64,000 nucleotides of DNA. It comes from Candidatus Bathyarchaeota archaeon. Its GTDB lineage: Archaea; Thermoproteota; Bathyarchaeia; TCS64. Numbering within the stretch: the stretch's first letter is position 1; each line of letters begins with the position of its first letter. This document shows positions 45,245 to 55,155 of this stretch, one piece after another. Under the pieces are notes generated by a model that had not been told where the DNA came from, searched no databases, and saw nothing but the letters and a program-made list of their open reading frames with translations. Where the stretch lies: the NCBI GenBank assembly GCA_018652685.1, contig JABIBQ010000066.1:701-64700 (forward strand), given 5' to 3'. The position numbers and the translations under genes are program-made.

Positions 45245-47470
45245 ATGGGAACCAGAATAAGCAACTACTCATTTGACGATAGGCTGGACAGGTTAAGGAA
45301 GACAAAGGTCAGACATGCTCAGAGGAAGGTAGAACTCCTGGGCCCACGTGATGGCGATGAGCAGGGAAATGTTGCGCTTCCACTTGACCAAGCCATCATC
45401 GTTGATGCGATTAGCGGCTCGGGCGTCCCTGTCAAGGACATGCTACTGAAGGGATACGAGCCTGAGACCAACCACCCCAGCGGCGGCTTCTTCGGAGCGG
45501 GAATTGTTGGCAGGAACTACAGGAAGCTCCTGGAGGTCCACCCCACATACATCGACCCCGACAGCTCAATGGCCGGGGTCTACATGGTGAGCTTTAACAG
45601 CTACAGGAAGCCCGACTGGAAACCGGATTATGATTACAGCCACCTCCACGAGGACCAGGAGCGGTTCGGGATTGATGCAGGGATCGGGGGATTGCAGCAC
45701 TTTTGCCCCGATCTGAAGATCGGTCTTGATCTTGGATGGGGCGGGCTCCTGGACAAGGTGAGGAAGTACAGGGAGATCAACTCGGACACCGAGTTCTATG
45801 ACGGTTTGGAGGATATCATCCTCGGAATGCAGGACTGGATTCGCCGCCATGGGGAGGAAGCAGCCAGAATGGCGGAGGATGAACCATACAGAGAGGTCAA
45901 GGAGAACCTGCTTGCAATCTCAGAGATATGCCTTGCACAGGTCAATGACCCTCCGGTAACGTTCCGCGAGGCATGCCAGTGGCTCACCTTCTTCCAGGCA
46001 GCCGCAAAGATGTACAACGGCAGTGGCGAGTGGGGGCAGCTAGACGAGCTTCTGAGGCCGTTCTACGATAGTGATAGGATGGAGGGAACCCTCACCGATG
46101 ACGAGGCCATATTCCACATCGCGTGCCTCCTTCTGAGCGAGACTGCGTATATCCAGCTGGGAGGACCTGACCGGGACGGGAACGACCTCACAAGTTCTGT
46201 ATCGTACCACGTACTGGAGGCGATTCACAGGCTCAAGACTCCGGCAAACATCGGGGTAAGGGTTGGGCCGAACGTTGATCCGGGATTGCTAAAGCGAGGA
46301 GTTGAAATTCTCCTTGAGGACAGGATGGGTTTCCCCAAGTTCATCGGCGACGAGCAGGTAATTGAGGGTTGGATGAGAAACGGGTACTCAATCGAGGACG
46401 CCCGGACGAGAGTTTACTCGGGGTGCCACTGGCTGGCGATACCCGGCAGGGAGTACGCACTCATGGACATCATCAAGATCGATTTCGCAATGCTCTTCGA
46501 CACCACGTTCTGGGAAATGATTTATGGCGGTGAAGAGAAGTCAGTTGACATCCTCTGGGAAATGTTCAAAGAGAACCTGATGAGGGCTGTTGAGATCACA
46601 GCGGAGGGCATTGACATCCACTTTGAGCACATGTACAAGGTCTTCCCGGAGCTATTCCTAGACTTATTCTGCTACGGTCCGCTTGAGAAAGGGCTTGACG
46701 CATCCAACGGTGGCGTCGAATTCTACCACATTGGAGTTGATGGAGCGTCACTCGCAAACGTGGCAGATTCCTTTGCAGCCATCAGGCAGAGGGTCGAGGA
46801 AGAGAAGAGACTCGGCTGGGATAATATGGCTAACCACCTTAAAAAAAACTGGTCCGGGGCTGACGGGGAGAGGGTCAGGCTGATGATGAAGAACATCCAG
46901 AGATTTGGATCAGGTGGCTCTGATGCAGATGAGTGGGCTGCTAGAATCACCGATGAGTTCACTAGGATTGTTAAGGAAAAGCCAACGCCCGGTGGTTACC
47001 AGATGGTACCCGGGCTGTTCTCATGGGCAAAAGTCGTCCCGTTCGGTAAACGGCTTGGGGCAACTCCAGATGGCAGACGTGCAGGTGATCCATTATCACA
47101 CGGTCCTAACCCATCACCAGGTTTTAACACCGGTAAGGGAGGGTCACCAACCCAGATGGTCACATCAGTTGCGGCCGTCCAACCTGGTTATGGCAACACT
47201 GCCCCACTCCAGATTGATATTGACCCCAGCCTGGGCGATAGCGAGGAGTCCATCGAGAAGGTCGAAGCTCTCATTAGAAGCCATTTCAAGATGGGAGGTA
47301 CGATGGTCAACATCAACGTGATGAACAGGGAGATGCTTGAGGAGGCGCACCGGAACCCGGTGGATCACCCGGATCTTATAGTCAGGGTGACTGGTTTCAG
47401 TGCCTACTTCTCTAGCCTATCGCAAGAGCTCAGGCAATACGTTGTTGACAGAGTAATCAACGGTGACTAG
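45245..47470 (+). CDS. Glycyl radical enzyme (PFL2/dehydratase superfamily), unknown substrate
   Basis: PP.TF.EA.Q, G.LD..L.PFY, QLGG....G.D, Cys loop SGCHW, GATPDGR.AG.PLS, glycyl motif DLIVRVTGFSAYF. Confidence 0.93.
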   Translation: MGTRISNYSFDDRLDRLRKTKVRHAQRKVELLGPRDGDEQGNVALPLDQAIIVDAISGSGVPVKDMLLKGYEPETNHPSGGFFGAGIVGRNYRKLLEVHPTYIDPDSSMAGVYMVSFNSYRKPDWKPDYDYSHLHEDQERFGIDAGIGGLQHFCPDLKIGLDLGWGGLLDKVRKYREINSDTEFYDGLEDIILGMQDWIRRHGEEAARMAEDEPYREVKENLLAISEICLAQVNDPPVTFREACQWLTFFQAAAKMYNGSGEWGQLDELLRPFYDSDRMEGTLTDDEAIFHIACLLLSETAYIQLGGPDRDGNDLTSSVSYHVLEAIHRLKTPANIGVRVGPNVDPGLLKRGVEILLEDRMGFPKFIGDEQVIEGWMRNGYSIEDARTRVYSGCHWLAIPGREYALMDIIKIDFAMLFDTTFWEMIYGGEEKSVDILWEMFKENLMRAVEITAEGIDIHFEHMYKVFPELFLDLFCYGPLEKGLDASNGGVEFYHIGVDGASLANVADSFAAIRQRVEEEKRLGWDNMANHLKKNWSGADGERVRLMMKNIQRFGSGGSDADEWAARITDEFTRIVKEKPTPGGYQMVPGLFSWAKVVPFGKRLGATPDGRRAGDPLSHGPNPSPGFNTGKGGSPTQMVTSVAAVQPGYGNTAPLQIDIDPSLGDSEESIEKVEALIRSHFKMGGTMVNINVMNREMLEEAHRNPVDHPDLIVRVTGFSAYFSSLSQELRQYVVDRVINGD

Positions 47471-47471
47471 G

Positions 47472-48377
47472 ATGACAACTGGACTTGTATTTGATATCAA
47501 GCATTTCGCGGTACACGACGGCCCCGGCATAAGGACTACGGTTTTCGTCAAGGGATGCCCATTGAGATGCATGTGGTGCCACAACCCGGAGTCACTTACA
47601 TCGGAGCCACAACTCATGTTCACACCATCAAGGTGCATCGGGTGCGGATACTGCATGAAAATTTGCGATCATGGTGCGCATATCACGGTCAATGGAGCAC
47701 ACGAGGTTGACTGGACCAAGTGCGAGGCGTGCGGTAAATGCGCGGCCGAGTGCTACTCTGGTGCCCTTGAGATTGCGGGAAGGGAGGTCAGCGTTGACGA
47801 GGTCATGGAAGCTGTACTGAAGGACAAGGTTTTCTTCGAGAACTCCAAGGGAGGGATGACCATATCAGGAGGGGAGCCGTTGAGCCAACCTGAATTCACG
47901 GTGGAAGTATTCAGGAGGGCAAAGGAGAACGGGATCCACACATCGCTTGATACATCTGGATACGCCGCTTGGAGCGTGATCGAGAAGGTCATCGAGCACG
48001 TTGACCTGGTCCTTTATGATATCAAGCAGATGGACTCGGAGAGGCACAAGGAGTACACGGGTGTGTCGAATGAGCTAATAATCGAGAACCTGAAGAAAAT
48101 CGACACAAAAGACATACCCATCTGGGTCAGGATACCAACTATACCGGGACTCAACGATGATGAGGACAATTTCCGAAAGATCGGGGAACTCTTATCATTG
48201 CTCAAGCATCTGGAGCGGGTTGATATTCTCAGGTACCACAAGCTGGCTGAGTCCAAGTATGAGCACACGGGACAGGACTATAGGCTCAAGGGAATGAACA
48301 CGCCTGAGAAGGACGAGGTAGAGCACCTCAAGGACATTCTCGAAGGGTATGGGTTGTCAAACGTCAGCATAAGCTAG
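47472..48377 (+). CDS. Glycyl-radical enzyme activating enzyme (radical SAM, ferredoxin insert)
   Basis: HDGPGIRTTVF.KGCPLRC.WCHNPES, two CxxCxxCxxxC motifs, GG.T.SGGEP, DTSG, DIK. Confidence 0.95.
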   Translation: MTTGLVFDIKHFAVHDGPGIRTTVFVKGCPLRCMWCHNPESLTSEPQLMFTPSRCIGCGYCMKICDHGAHITVNGAHEVDWTKCEACGKCAAECYSGALEIAGREVSVDEVMEAVLKDKVFFENSKGGMTISGGEPLSQPEFTVEVFRRAKENGIHTSLDTSGYAAWSVIEKVIEHVDLVLYDIKQMDSERHKEYTGVSNELIIENLKKIDTKDIPIWVRIPTIPGLNDDEDNFRKIGELLSLLKHLERVDILRYHKLAESKYEHTGQDYRLKGMNTPEKDEVEHLKDILEGYGLSNVSIS

Positions 48378-48482
48378 GGTTAGCATTTGTCGCTGATGAG
48401 GGAAAAAGTCACTTACATATCGTTATTAATCAAGATGAAAGACAGGGATTCGGGTAAAATACCCAACGGTGAGCCGTGTATT

Positions 48483-48612
48483 TCCGGGATGGTAACGATA
48501 TTTGACGTTTTTCTGTCACAGCTAACTTTAGTAAAATACCTACAGTTAAAACATAGCTTGTGACAGAGTGGTCGATTGTGAACGGTTTAGGCCCCAATAG
48601 GCCCATCCCGGA
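48483..48612. repeat. Nested inverted repeats forming an ~130-nt imperfect hairpin downstream of the GRE operon
   Basis: TCCGGGATGG (48483-92)/CCATCCCGGA (48603-12); TCTGTCACAGCTA (48512-24)/TAGCTTGTGACAGA (48554-67). Confidence 0.6.
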
Positions 48613-48683
48613 TTTCGTGGATTCAAAAACTATCCACATCGCAAACCTGTTATTCACTCCAATCCATTCATTTTCTGATCGTT

Positions 48684-49469
48684 ATGAAGGAAGGATTTCT
48701 GGAAAGTAAAGGGTACAAGATCCACCACTGCGGGTGGGGAGACAAAGGACCTAAGGTTTTACTCATCCACAGCATGGGCATGGACGGCCACAGCATGGAC
48801 AAGCTGGCCGAGAGCATCAAGGACAAGTACCATGTACTGAGCCTCACCATCTTGGACCATGGGGACAGCGACCCGCCTCGGGGATCAATCAGCCTCCCCG
48901 ACCACGCCGAGGTCATGAGGGAGTGTTACATGCAGCTGGGTTTCGAGCCCAGTGTCCTCATCGGCCACAGCGTGGGCGGCATGATGGGCATGGTATTGAC
49001 AGCTGATTACCCCGACGAGTTCAAGGGGATGATGCTTGTAGATATCGCGCCCTTCGAGTCAACGGGAAGGTCAAGCAGGCCAACTCCACCCGAATACTTC
49101 GAGTCACGGGTCGAGGCAAAGAAATGGCTTGCAGACAGATACCCCGGTTTCACCGAGTACTACGTCGAGAACAGGCTTGAACACGCGTTCAAACAGATGA
49201 ACGGTAGGTACTACCTGAAGCCCAGAGGTGACAGGGTCAGGGGTGGGCTCGCTACGAACCTTTGGCCGTACCTTGAGCGCGTGAATTGCCCGGTCCAGTT
49301 ACTGAAAGGTGTAACCAGTGATCTTGTGACACCAAAGACGCGTGCTCGAATCGAGAAGATGTCAGGTTTTGAGATCATCGATGTTGAGGGGACGGGGCAT
49401 ATGATTCCCCAGGATGTGCCCGAGAAATTCGAGGAACTCGTCAGAAAATTCCTGAAAAGCGTCTACTAG
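48684..49469 (+). CDS. Alpha/beta-fold hydrolase
   Basis: HGDS, nucleophile elbow GHSVGG, SD, catalytic GH. Confidence 0.9.
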   Translation: MKEGFLESKGYKIHHCGWGDKGPKVLLIHSMGMDGHSMDKLAESIKDKYHVLSLTILDHGDSDPPRGSISLPDHAEVMRECYMQLGFEPSVLIGHSVGGMMGMVLTADYPDEFKGMMLVDIAPFESTGRSSRPTPPEYFESRVEAKKWLADRYPGFTEYYVENRLEHAFKQMNGRYYLKPRGDRVRGGLATNLWPYLERVNCPVQLLKGVTSDLVTPKTRARIEKMSGFEIIDVEGTGHMIPQDVPEKFEELVRKFLKSVY

Positions 49470-49589
49470 GTGTTCATTCCAACAAACCTTTTTTCAAGCC
49501 CGTTTTAACGTTAGACTCAGTAAAACATACCATAATAGGTCATAGTTAATGAGAAATATAATAGATTAAACAAAATAGAGAGGTTTAGG

Positions 49590-50939
49590 CTAGACCAGAG
49601 GACGCTGGAATGCACCGTAGCCGGGTTTTCCGATGACCTGGCCGTCCTCGTAGATCACCTGGCCCCTAACAAGGGTCATTATAGGCATTCCTTTACCCTT
49701 CATGTCCTCGTACGGGGTGATCTTTTGGATGGTCTGCAGGTTCTCGCCCTTGATGTGGAACGGCATGTCCATGTCGGCAATGACGATATCTGCGTCAGCG
49801 CCTAGCATGAGATCGCCCTTCTTCGGGTATAGCCCGTTCATCATGGCGGGGTTGGTGCTGAAGACCTCGACGAGTCTCTCAAGGCCAATCTTGTCGTTGT
49901 TGACCGCGTCAAGCATCAGCGGGAGGCTAGTCTCGATGACAACGCCGCCGCTTGGGGCGTCGTAGATGTTGTCAAAGCCCTTGTCTTTCTCCTCTTTGGT
50001 GTATGGAGCGTGGTCCGATGCTAGCACATCGATTGTTCCATCATTAAGTCCCTCCCACAGACGGAGCTGGTCGTCCTTGGATCTGAGAGGTGGGTCAACC
50101 TTGGCGTATGGGCCCCTCTCGTTCATCGCCTCCTTGGTGAAAACCAGGTAGTTGGTGCTGGTCTCGCCCGTCACTAGCTGGTCGATGCTCTGTGCCCACT
50201 CTAGTATGTCCACTGTTCCACCTGAGCTTATGTGGCAGATGTGAAGGTGGCAATCAGTCTGGGCCGAGAGAGTAATACACCTCATCACTGCCTCGATCTC
50301 GGCGATGTCCGGCCTGAAATCACAGTGGGCCATGGGGTCCGTTCTACCCGATGCCACCGCCTCCTCCATGAACTTGTCAACGAGGTCACCATTCTCGGCG
50401 TGGACTAGCAGCGGCCTGTCTAACTCAGCGAGCAGCTGCATATGCTTGTATAGAGTATAATCGCTTGCCGCCAGCTCCTTGAACCTGGCGATTAGGAAGC
50501 TCTTGAAGGCCGTTGCCCCCGCCTCTGCCAGCTCCTTGATGTTTTTTGGAGGAACCTCGCCCGCCCCACCTATGAAGCCAAAGTCAATTAGGCTCTTGCC
50601 GTCGGCTATAGCTTTCTTCTGGTTGAATGCCTCAAGGGTAACAGTGGCTGGTACAGTGTTTGGCATGTCGATGACGGTGGTAACTCCACCAGCAGCGGCT
50701 GCCCTTGTCCCTGACTCAAAGTCCTCCCTCTCTGGGAAACCTGGGTCCCTAAGATGGACGTGCATGTCTACCATGCCGGGGAGTACCACCTTGCCCATGG
50801 CGTCTATTACCCTGTCCGCCTTGGGCTCGCTTGATTTGAGAATACCTATAATCTTGCCGTCGTCGATCACAAGGGAGCCCTGTGTGATGCCCGATGGAAG
50901 AACCATTAACCCATTCTTTATGACGATATCAACTGTCAA
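49590..50939 (-). CDS. Cyclic amidohydrolase (dihydroorotase/allantoinase/hydantoinase family)
   Basis: DMHVHLRDPG, AAAGGVTTV.DMPNT, FK, VHAE, HICH, K.DPPLR, SDHAP. Confidence 0.9.
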   Translation of the reverse strand: MTVDIVIKNGLMVLPSGITQGSLVIDDGKIIGILKSSEPKADRVIDAMGKVVLPGMVDMHVHLRDPGFPEREDFESGTRAAAAGGVTTVIDMPNTVPATVTLEAFNQKKAIADGKSLIDFGFIGGAGEVPPKNIKELAEAGATAFKSFLIARFKELAASDYTLYKHMQLLAELDRPLLVHAENGDLVDKFMEEAVASGRTDPMAHCDFRPDIAEIEAVMRCITLSAQTDCHLHICHISSGGTVDILEWAQSIDQLVTGETSTNYLVFTKEAMNERGPYAKVDPPLRSKDDQLRLWEGLNDGTIDVLASDHAPYTKEEKDKGFDNIYDAPSGGVVIETSLPLMLDAVNNDKIGLERLVEVFSTNPAMMNGLYPKKGDLMLGADADIVIADMDMPFHIKGENLQTIQKITPYEDMKGKGMPIMTLVRGQVIYEDGQVIGKPGYGAFQRPLV

Positions 50940-51129
50940 AGTGTTGCACGGGAGAGTATGCGGTCTCGCGTGTTTAATTACTTTTCATCAAACTGATGAA
51001 CTCTTGTCCGATGACTCATTAATTGATTTGAGTGGACAGCTAATATTGTATTTCGAACCTTTTTCTAATTATCACAAGGCGCTGGGAAAGTTTTATGTAA
51101 CTTCCGATTCAATCCTTGGGCGTGAGAAA

Positions 51130-52269
51130 ATGAGTCTAAATGACCTATCAGACGACTTCCCGATATGTAACACTCTCAATTACCTGAACGCGGCAAGCAT
51201 TGGTCCAGTCCCCCAATCTGTCATCGATTTTTCAACAAGCTTCTCAGCGGAAATCGCCAGAGGGGGAACAAAGACCCTGAGTGAGGAGAAAGAGGACATG
51301 GTCTATGATGGGCTCAGAGACGAGGGTGGGAAACTTTTCGGCTGCTCACCCGAGGATGTGGCAGTATTCAACAGCGTATCGGAGGCGTTGAACTGCATCG
51401 CTTGGAGCCTTGAGCTGGATAAGGGAAAACTCATTTCAACAAATATTGAGTTTCCGTCGGTCACGTATCCGGCGCTGAGGATGGCCCAGAAGGAGAAAGG
51501 GATCACGACGAAGCTGGTCAGTGCCGTTGACTGGCATGTTCCAGTGGAGGACATCCTTGAAGAGATAGATGAGACTACCAAAGCGGTGTTTATCACACAT
51601 GTTGAGAACCTGACGGGTCAGGTACATGATATCAAGAGGATCTCAGAAAGGGCACACGAGGTCGGCGCAATGGTGATTGTAGACGGTATACAAGCCGCTG
51701 GGTACATACCCCTTGATGTCAAGAAGCTGCAGATTGACGCCTACATCACTGGCAGTTATAAATGGCTGTGTTCCCCGTTCGGGACGGGAATGGCGTACGT
51801 ATCAAAAGAACTGTACGATAAGCTCACCCCGCTGTTTGTCGGGTGGCGTACCGCGGAGGAAATATGGGACTTTGATCCAAATGTCATCAATTACCCCTCC
51901 ACAGCAAGAAAATTTGAGTATAGCACTAGCGCGTACGGCGTCAAGCTGGGGATGGTTGAGTCGATAAAATACCTGCGCAATATCGGGATCGACAAAATAT
52001 ACGAGCACGACATGAAGCTGGATGGGATTCTGAGGGAAGAACTGGGGCAAATCGAAGGTGTTGATATCATCACCATTGACGAGCACGGCCCCATAGTGAC
52101 CTTCAAGATCGAAGGAAGGGACAGCAGAGAGATCAACAACAGATTGAGGAACTTGGAAAGGCCGGTTGAGCTCAGCGTCAGGTTGGGACTGATACGGGTC
52201 TCACCCCACCTCTATAACACCGTGGAGGACATCGCTCAACTCATAGACGGCATACGCCAGGTCGTGTAA
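51130..52269 (+). CDS. PLP-dependent class V aminotransferase-fold enzyme (lyase/epimerase-like)
   Basis: YLN.AS.GP, EFPS, VDG.QA.G, SYKWL..P.G.G, IRVSPHLYN; start at ATG 51130. Confidence 0.9.
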   Translation: MSLNDLSDDFPICNTLNYLNAASIGPVPQSVIDFSTSFSAEIARGGTKTLSEEKEDMVYDGLRDEGGKLFGCSPEDVAVFNSVSEALNCIAWSLELDKGKLISTNIEFPSVTYPALRMAQKEKGITTKLVSAVDWHVPVEDILEEIDETTKAVFITHVENLTGQVHDIKRISERAHEVGAMVIVDGIQAAGYIPLDVKKLQIDAYITGSYKWLCSPFGTGMAYVSKELYDKLTPLFVGWRTAEEIWDFDPNVINYPSTARKFEYSTSAYGVKLGMVESIKYLRNIGIDKIYEHDMKLDGILREELGQIEGVDIITIDEHGPIVTFKIEGRDSREINNRLRNLERPVELSVRLGLIRVSPHLYNTVEDIAQLIDGIRQVV

Positions 52270-52372
52270 AATCCCGGTTATTTAACCAAACGGGTTTTAC
52301 GCCCGTTTTTCTGAGTTTAATAAGGTAATCCACATGCATGATTAGGTAGATGAAAAAACCCGTGGAGTGAAA

Positions 52373-53503
52373 CTACCACGTGATTCTGTAGGGCATCTCG
52401 TTGAGGCAGGTGGCCCCGTTCTCTGTTATCAGGATGATGTCCTCGATGTGGCCGCGGTAATTTGTCTCAGGGTCACGCCGGTTGGGCTCGTAGGTTAGGG
52501 TCATGCCGGGCTTCAATGGCTGGTTGTCAGTTTCAATCGGCCCAAAGCTGGGAGAGTATGGCATGGTATAGTCATGCACGTCAAGCCCTATCTGGTGGCC
52601 GGTGCGAACAGTCTCCTTGAAGCCAAGCTCCCTGTTGAGCTCGTTGGCTATGTCCAGGACATCGTTGCCGGTCATACCGGGCTTGATCCTGTTGATTGCA
52701 TCCACCTGGGCTGTCATGGCCCTCTCCATATAGTTCTCGGTTGATTTCTCCCAGGTCACGTGCCAGTTCCTGCCCATGTCGCTGCAATAGCCATTCCTCA
52801 GCCTGACCCCAACGTCTAGGCTCAAGGCGTCGCCGTGTTTAAGGTGCGGAGTGTTGTTCCCTTTGATGAACCCGATGCTGCTGTCAAAGCTGAACTCGTA
52901 TGCTCCCAGCTCGATCATATTGGAGTCAAGCTCACGTTTCAGGTCCGAGACGCTCTTCCCTGGTGTCGTGTCCTCGATGAGTACGTGGAACGCTGTCTCT
53001 GTGATCTCGATGGCCTTGCAGATCTGTTCGATCTCGTACTCGTCCTTGATGGCCCTCAGCTTGAACACGTGGTCGCTGATGTCCGCCTCCGGCGCGGGGC
53101 TGATGCCCAGCTCGCCGGCTATCCTAAACCACATCTGGGCGGATACAGTTGACAGGTCGAAGCAAATCTTGTCCTTGGGGTATTTTTTCAACGCTTCAAG
53201 GGTGCCCTTGATGTGGTGGCCCTTCTCCTGCTTGACGGCGATTACCTCGTTGAACTCACCTGAGGATCGAACCCTCTCCGCCCCCCAGTGGGGCATCACC
53301 AGGGTGGAATCTCTGTTCGCGTCCAGGACCAGGGTCTGGTGCTCGTCCCCCAGGGCTCCGGGCATCGCGTAGATGGTATTGCTGGGGTTCTGCCTGATTA
53401 CCTCGTTGAAGAAGACCACGGCTTCGTATCCCCTTGCCTGGACTTCCTCCAGGATCGCGTTTCGTCTCTGTTGGAGTGACTGCTTCGCGTTCATAAATAT
53501 CAT
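52373..53503 (-). CDS. Xaa-Pro aminopeptidase family (M24)
   Basis: RAIKD..EI, LD.G....GYCSD..R, GH.IGLDVHD, L.PGM..T.EP, IED.ILIT..G. Confidence 0.9.
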   Translation of the reverse strand: MIFMNAKQSLQQRRNAILEEVQARGYEAVVFFNEVIRQNPSNTIYAMPGALGDEHQTLVLDANRDSTLVMPHWGAERVRSSGEFNEVIAVKQEKGHHIKGTLEALKKYPKDKICFDLSTVSAQMWFRIAGELGISPAPEADISDHVFKLRAIKDEYEIEQICKAIEITETAFHVLIEDTTPGKSVSDLKRELDSNMIELGAYEFSFDSSIGFIKGNNTPHLKHGDALSLDVGVRLRNGYCSDMGRNWHVTWEKSTENYMERAMTAQVDAINRIKPGMTGNDVLDIANELNRELGFKETVRTGHQIGLDVHDYTMPYSPSFGPIETDNQPLKPGMTLTYEPNRRDPETNYRGHIEDIILITENGATCLNEMPYRITW

Positions 53504-53581
53504 TCAAATATATCATTGAGCGAATTTGACGTTTACCTTCTATGCACGCATTTTTAATCGCGGGATACGATATTTCAAAAC

Positions 53582-54139
53582 GTGAGCAGGAGACAGAGGA
53601 CTAGGAAGAGGCGAAGGCGATTCTCTCCCATGGTAACAGGCATAGTGATAGTTGTAATGCTTGTTATTTTTTGGAACTTGCTGGCGACATACGAAGGCGG
53701 CGAGTTCATTGATTTCAACGAGACGGATGAGAACATGACATCGGTGGTTGAGGTCATCTTTGAGACCACGCTGTGGATTGACAAGGGAAAATATGAGATG
53801 TTCATGTTCGAAGTTCGACGCGGTGATAACTTGAACATCACGGTGAGTGTCCTTGATGGAGGAGGTCCCATTGATTACTTTGTGATGGAGGAGAGGAAGA
53901 AGCTGCAGTTCGACGGGTGGCTCAACGGGACAGAGGTTAAGTTCTATGCCTACGACAACGCAAAGGCTCTGAACATTACCTACTCGAATATACTTTTCAC
54001 GATCCCCAGGACCGACCGTTGGTACCTTATTCTCAACAACTACGGGCACATGCTTGAAGGGGCGTACCCCATGGATGAGGTCCATCTGTACGTCAAGGTC
54101 GAGAACGTCGGGTTCACCGTGGAGCAGAGCTTCGGCTAA
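53582..54139 (+). CDS. Single-pass membrane protein with beta-sandwich ectodomain
   Basis: Arg-rich N-terminus, one TM, then GD.L...V.V..GG.ID..V...WY.IL.N. Confidence 0.65.
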   Translation: MSRRQRTRKRRRRFSPMVTGIVIVVMLVIFWNLLATYEGGEFIDFNETDENMTSVVEVIFETTLWIDKGKYEMFMFEVRRGDNLNITVSVLDGGGPIDYFVMEERKKLQFDGWLNGTEVKFYAYDNAKALNITYSNILFTIPRTDRWYLILNNYGHMLEGAYPMDEVHLYVKVENVGFTVEQSFG

Positions 54140-54171
54140 CGTTTTAATAACCAGATATCAACTTTGAAGCC

Positions 54172-55152
54172 ATGTTCGGGCTTAACGGCTCAATCCTTAT
54201 CATCCACCACTGGGACACAGATGGCCTCTGTTCCGCCGCCCTGATCCTTGAGCAACTGGGTGAAAGGAAGGTCGAGACGTGGACACCGCCTCTTGGCACT
54301 TTCTACCTGACGGAGGACCACATTGAGTATGCTAGGGGCTTTGACAACATCATCATATGCGATATGGCGTTGCCTGCTGGTAACGTCAAAGCGATAGCCG
54401 AGCATGCAAAAGTCATCATGTTCGATCACCACCACCAGGACCCTATCGAGGGTATAACCCACATCAATCCGGTGGCACACGGCGCGTCAGAAAGCGATTA
54501 CCCGTCAAACACGTGGGTAATCAAGGAACATCTTGGACTACCAATGAGACTGCATGTCCTCATGGGATTCATAGGAGACAAGGAGCAGAAGATCAAGGAC
54601 AACCCTCCGTTTTGGGGTATCGTGCAAGAGTACATGACTGAGAACGGCGTCTCGTTCGACGAGCTACTTGAGCTGGTCTATCGCATCGACTCCAACTACA
54701 AGGTTGGAGACAGGGACTCGGTTGCAGAGTCACCTCACTTACTCAGACAGTACAGGACAAGGGAGGATATCCTCGGAAACGAGAAGTGGAGGTCAAACCT
54801 CGTTAATCTGGATGAAAAGATTGACAGGGTTCTTGCAGAGCCCCCCGAGGAGGTCGGGGGCGTCCAATTGAAGTGGCTTGACACCCCCTTCGCCATCATC
54901 TCTCAGGTGACAAGAAGGCTCGCATGGGGGACTGGCATGGACACAGTCGTGGTAAACACCGGTTTCTTTGATGATCTGGACCAGATGTATAGCAGGAGTG
55001 GTACTGTTGACTACCGCGGCCTGATAACCCGTGCCAAGGAACTGGGGTTCAACGCTGGCGGCAAGAAGGACGTAATAGGGGCAATAATCCCAAAACCCGA
55101 GACAGAGAAATTCTTGAAAGAGACGATAGATTATATAAAAAAGAATAGGTGA
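54172..55152 (+). CDS. DHH family phosphoesterase
   Basis: HHWDTDG..SA, CD, FDHH, C-terminal AGG. Confidence 0.85.
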   Translation: MFGLNGSILIIHHWDTDGLCSAALILEQLGERKVETWTPPLGTFYLTEDHIEYARGFDNIIICDMALPAGNVKAIAEHAKVIMFDHHHQDPIEGITHINPVAHGASESDYPSNTWVIKEHLGLPMRLHVLMGFIGDKEQKIKDNPPFWGIVQEYMTENGVSFDELLELVYRIDSNYKVGDRDSVAESPHLLRQYRTREDILGNEKWRSNLVNLDEKIDRVLAEPPEEVGGVQLKWLDTPFAIISQVTRRLAWGTGMDTVVVNTGFFDDLDQMYSRSGTVDYRGLITRAKELGFNAGGKKDVIGAIIPKPETEKFLKETIDYIKKNR

Positions 55153-55155
55153 GGG

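Noticed and set aside
48393..48445. CTGATGA followed by GAAA, a possible hammerhead ribozyme core
   Set aside because: I could not build stems I-III around the core.
50479..51129. 596-aa ORF suggesting a long N-terminal extension on the class V PLP enzyme
   Set aside because: The extension is antisense to the amidohydrolase gene and crosses the AT-rich divergent promoter; family similarity starts at ATG 51130.
49498..52363. Recurrent intergenic 9-mer GCCCGTTTT (49498, 52301, reverse at 6940) and an ACGGGTTTT/AAAACCCGT IR at 52290/52355
   Set aside because: Too short and irregular to call a repeat family or CRISPR remnant without genome-wide statistics.
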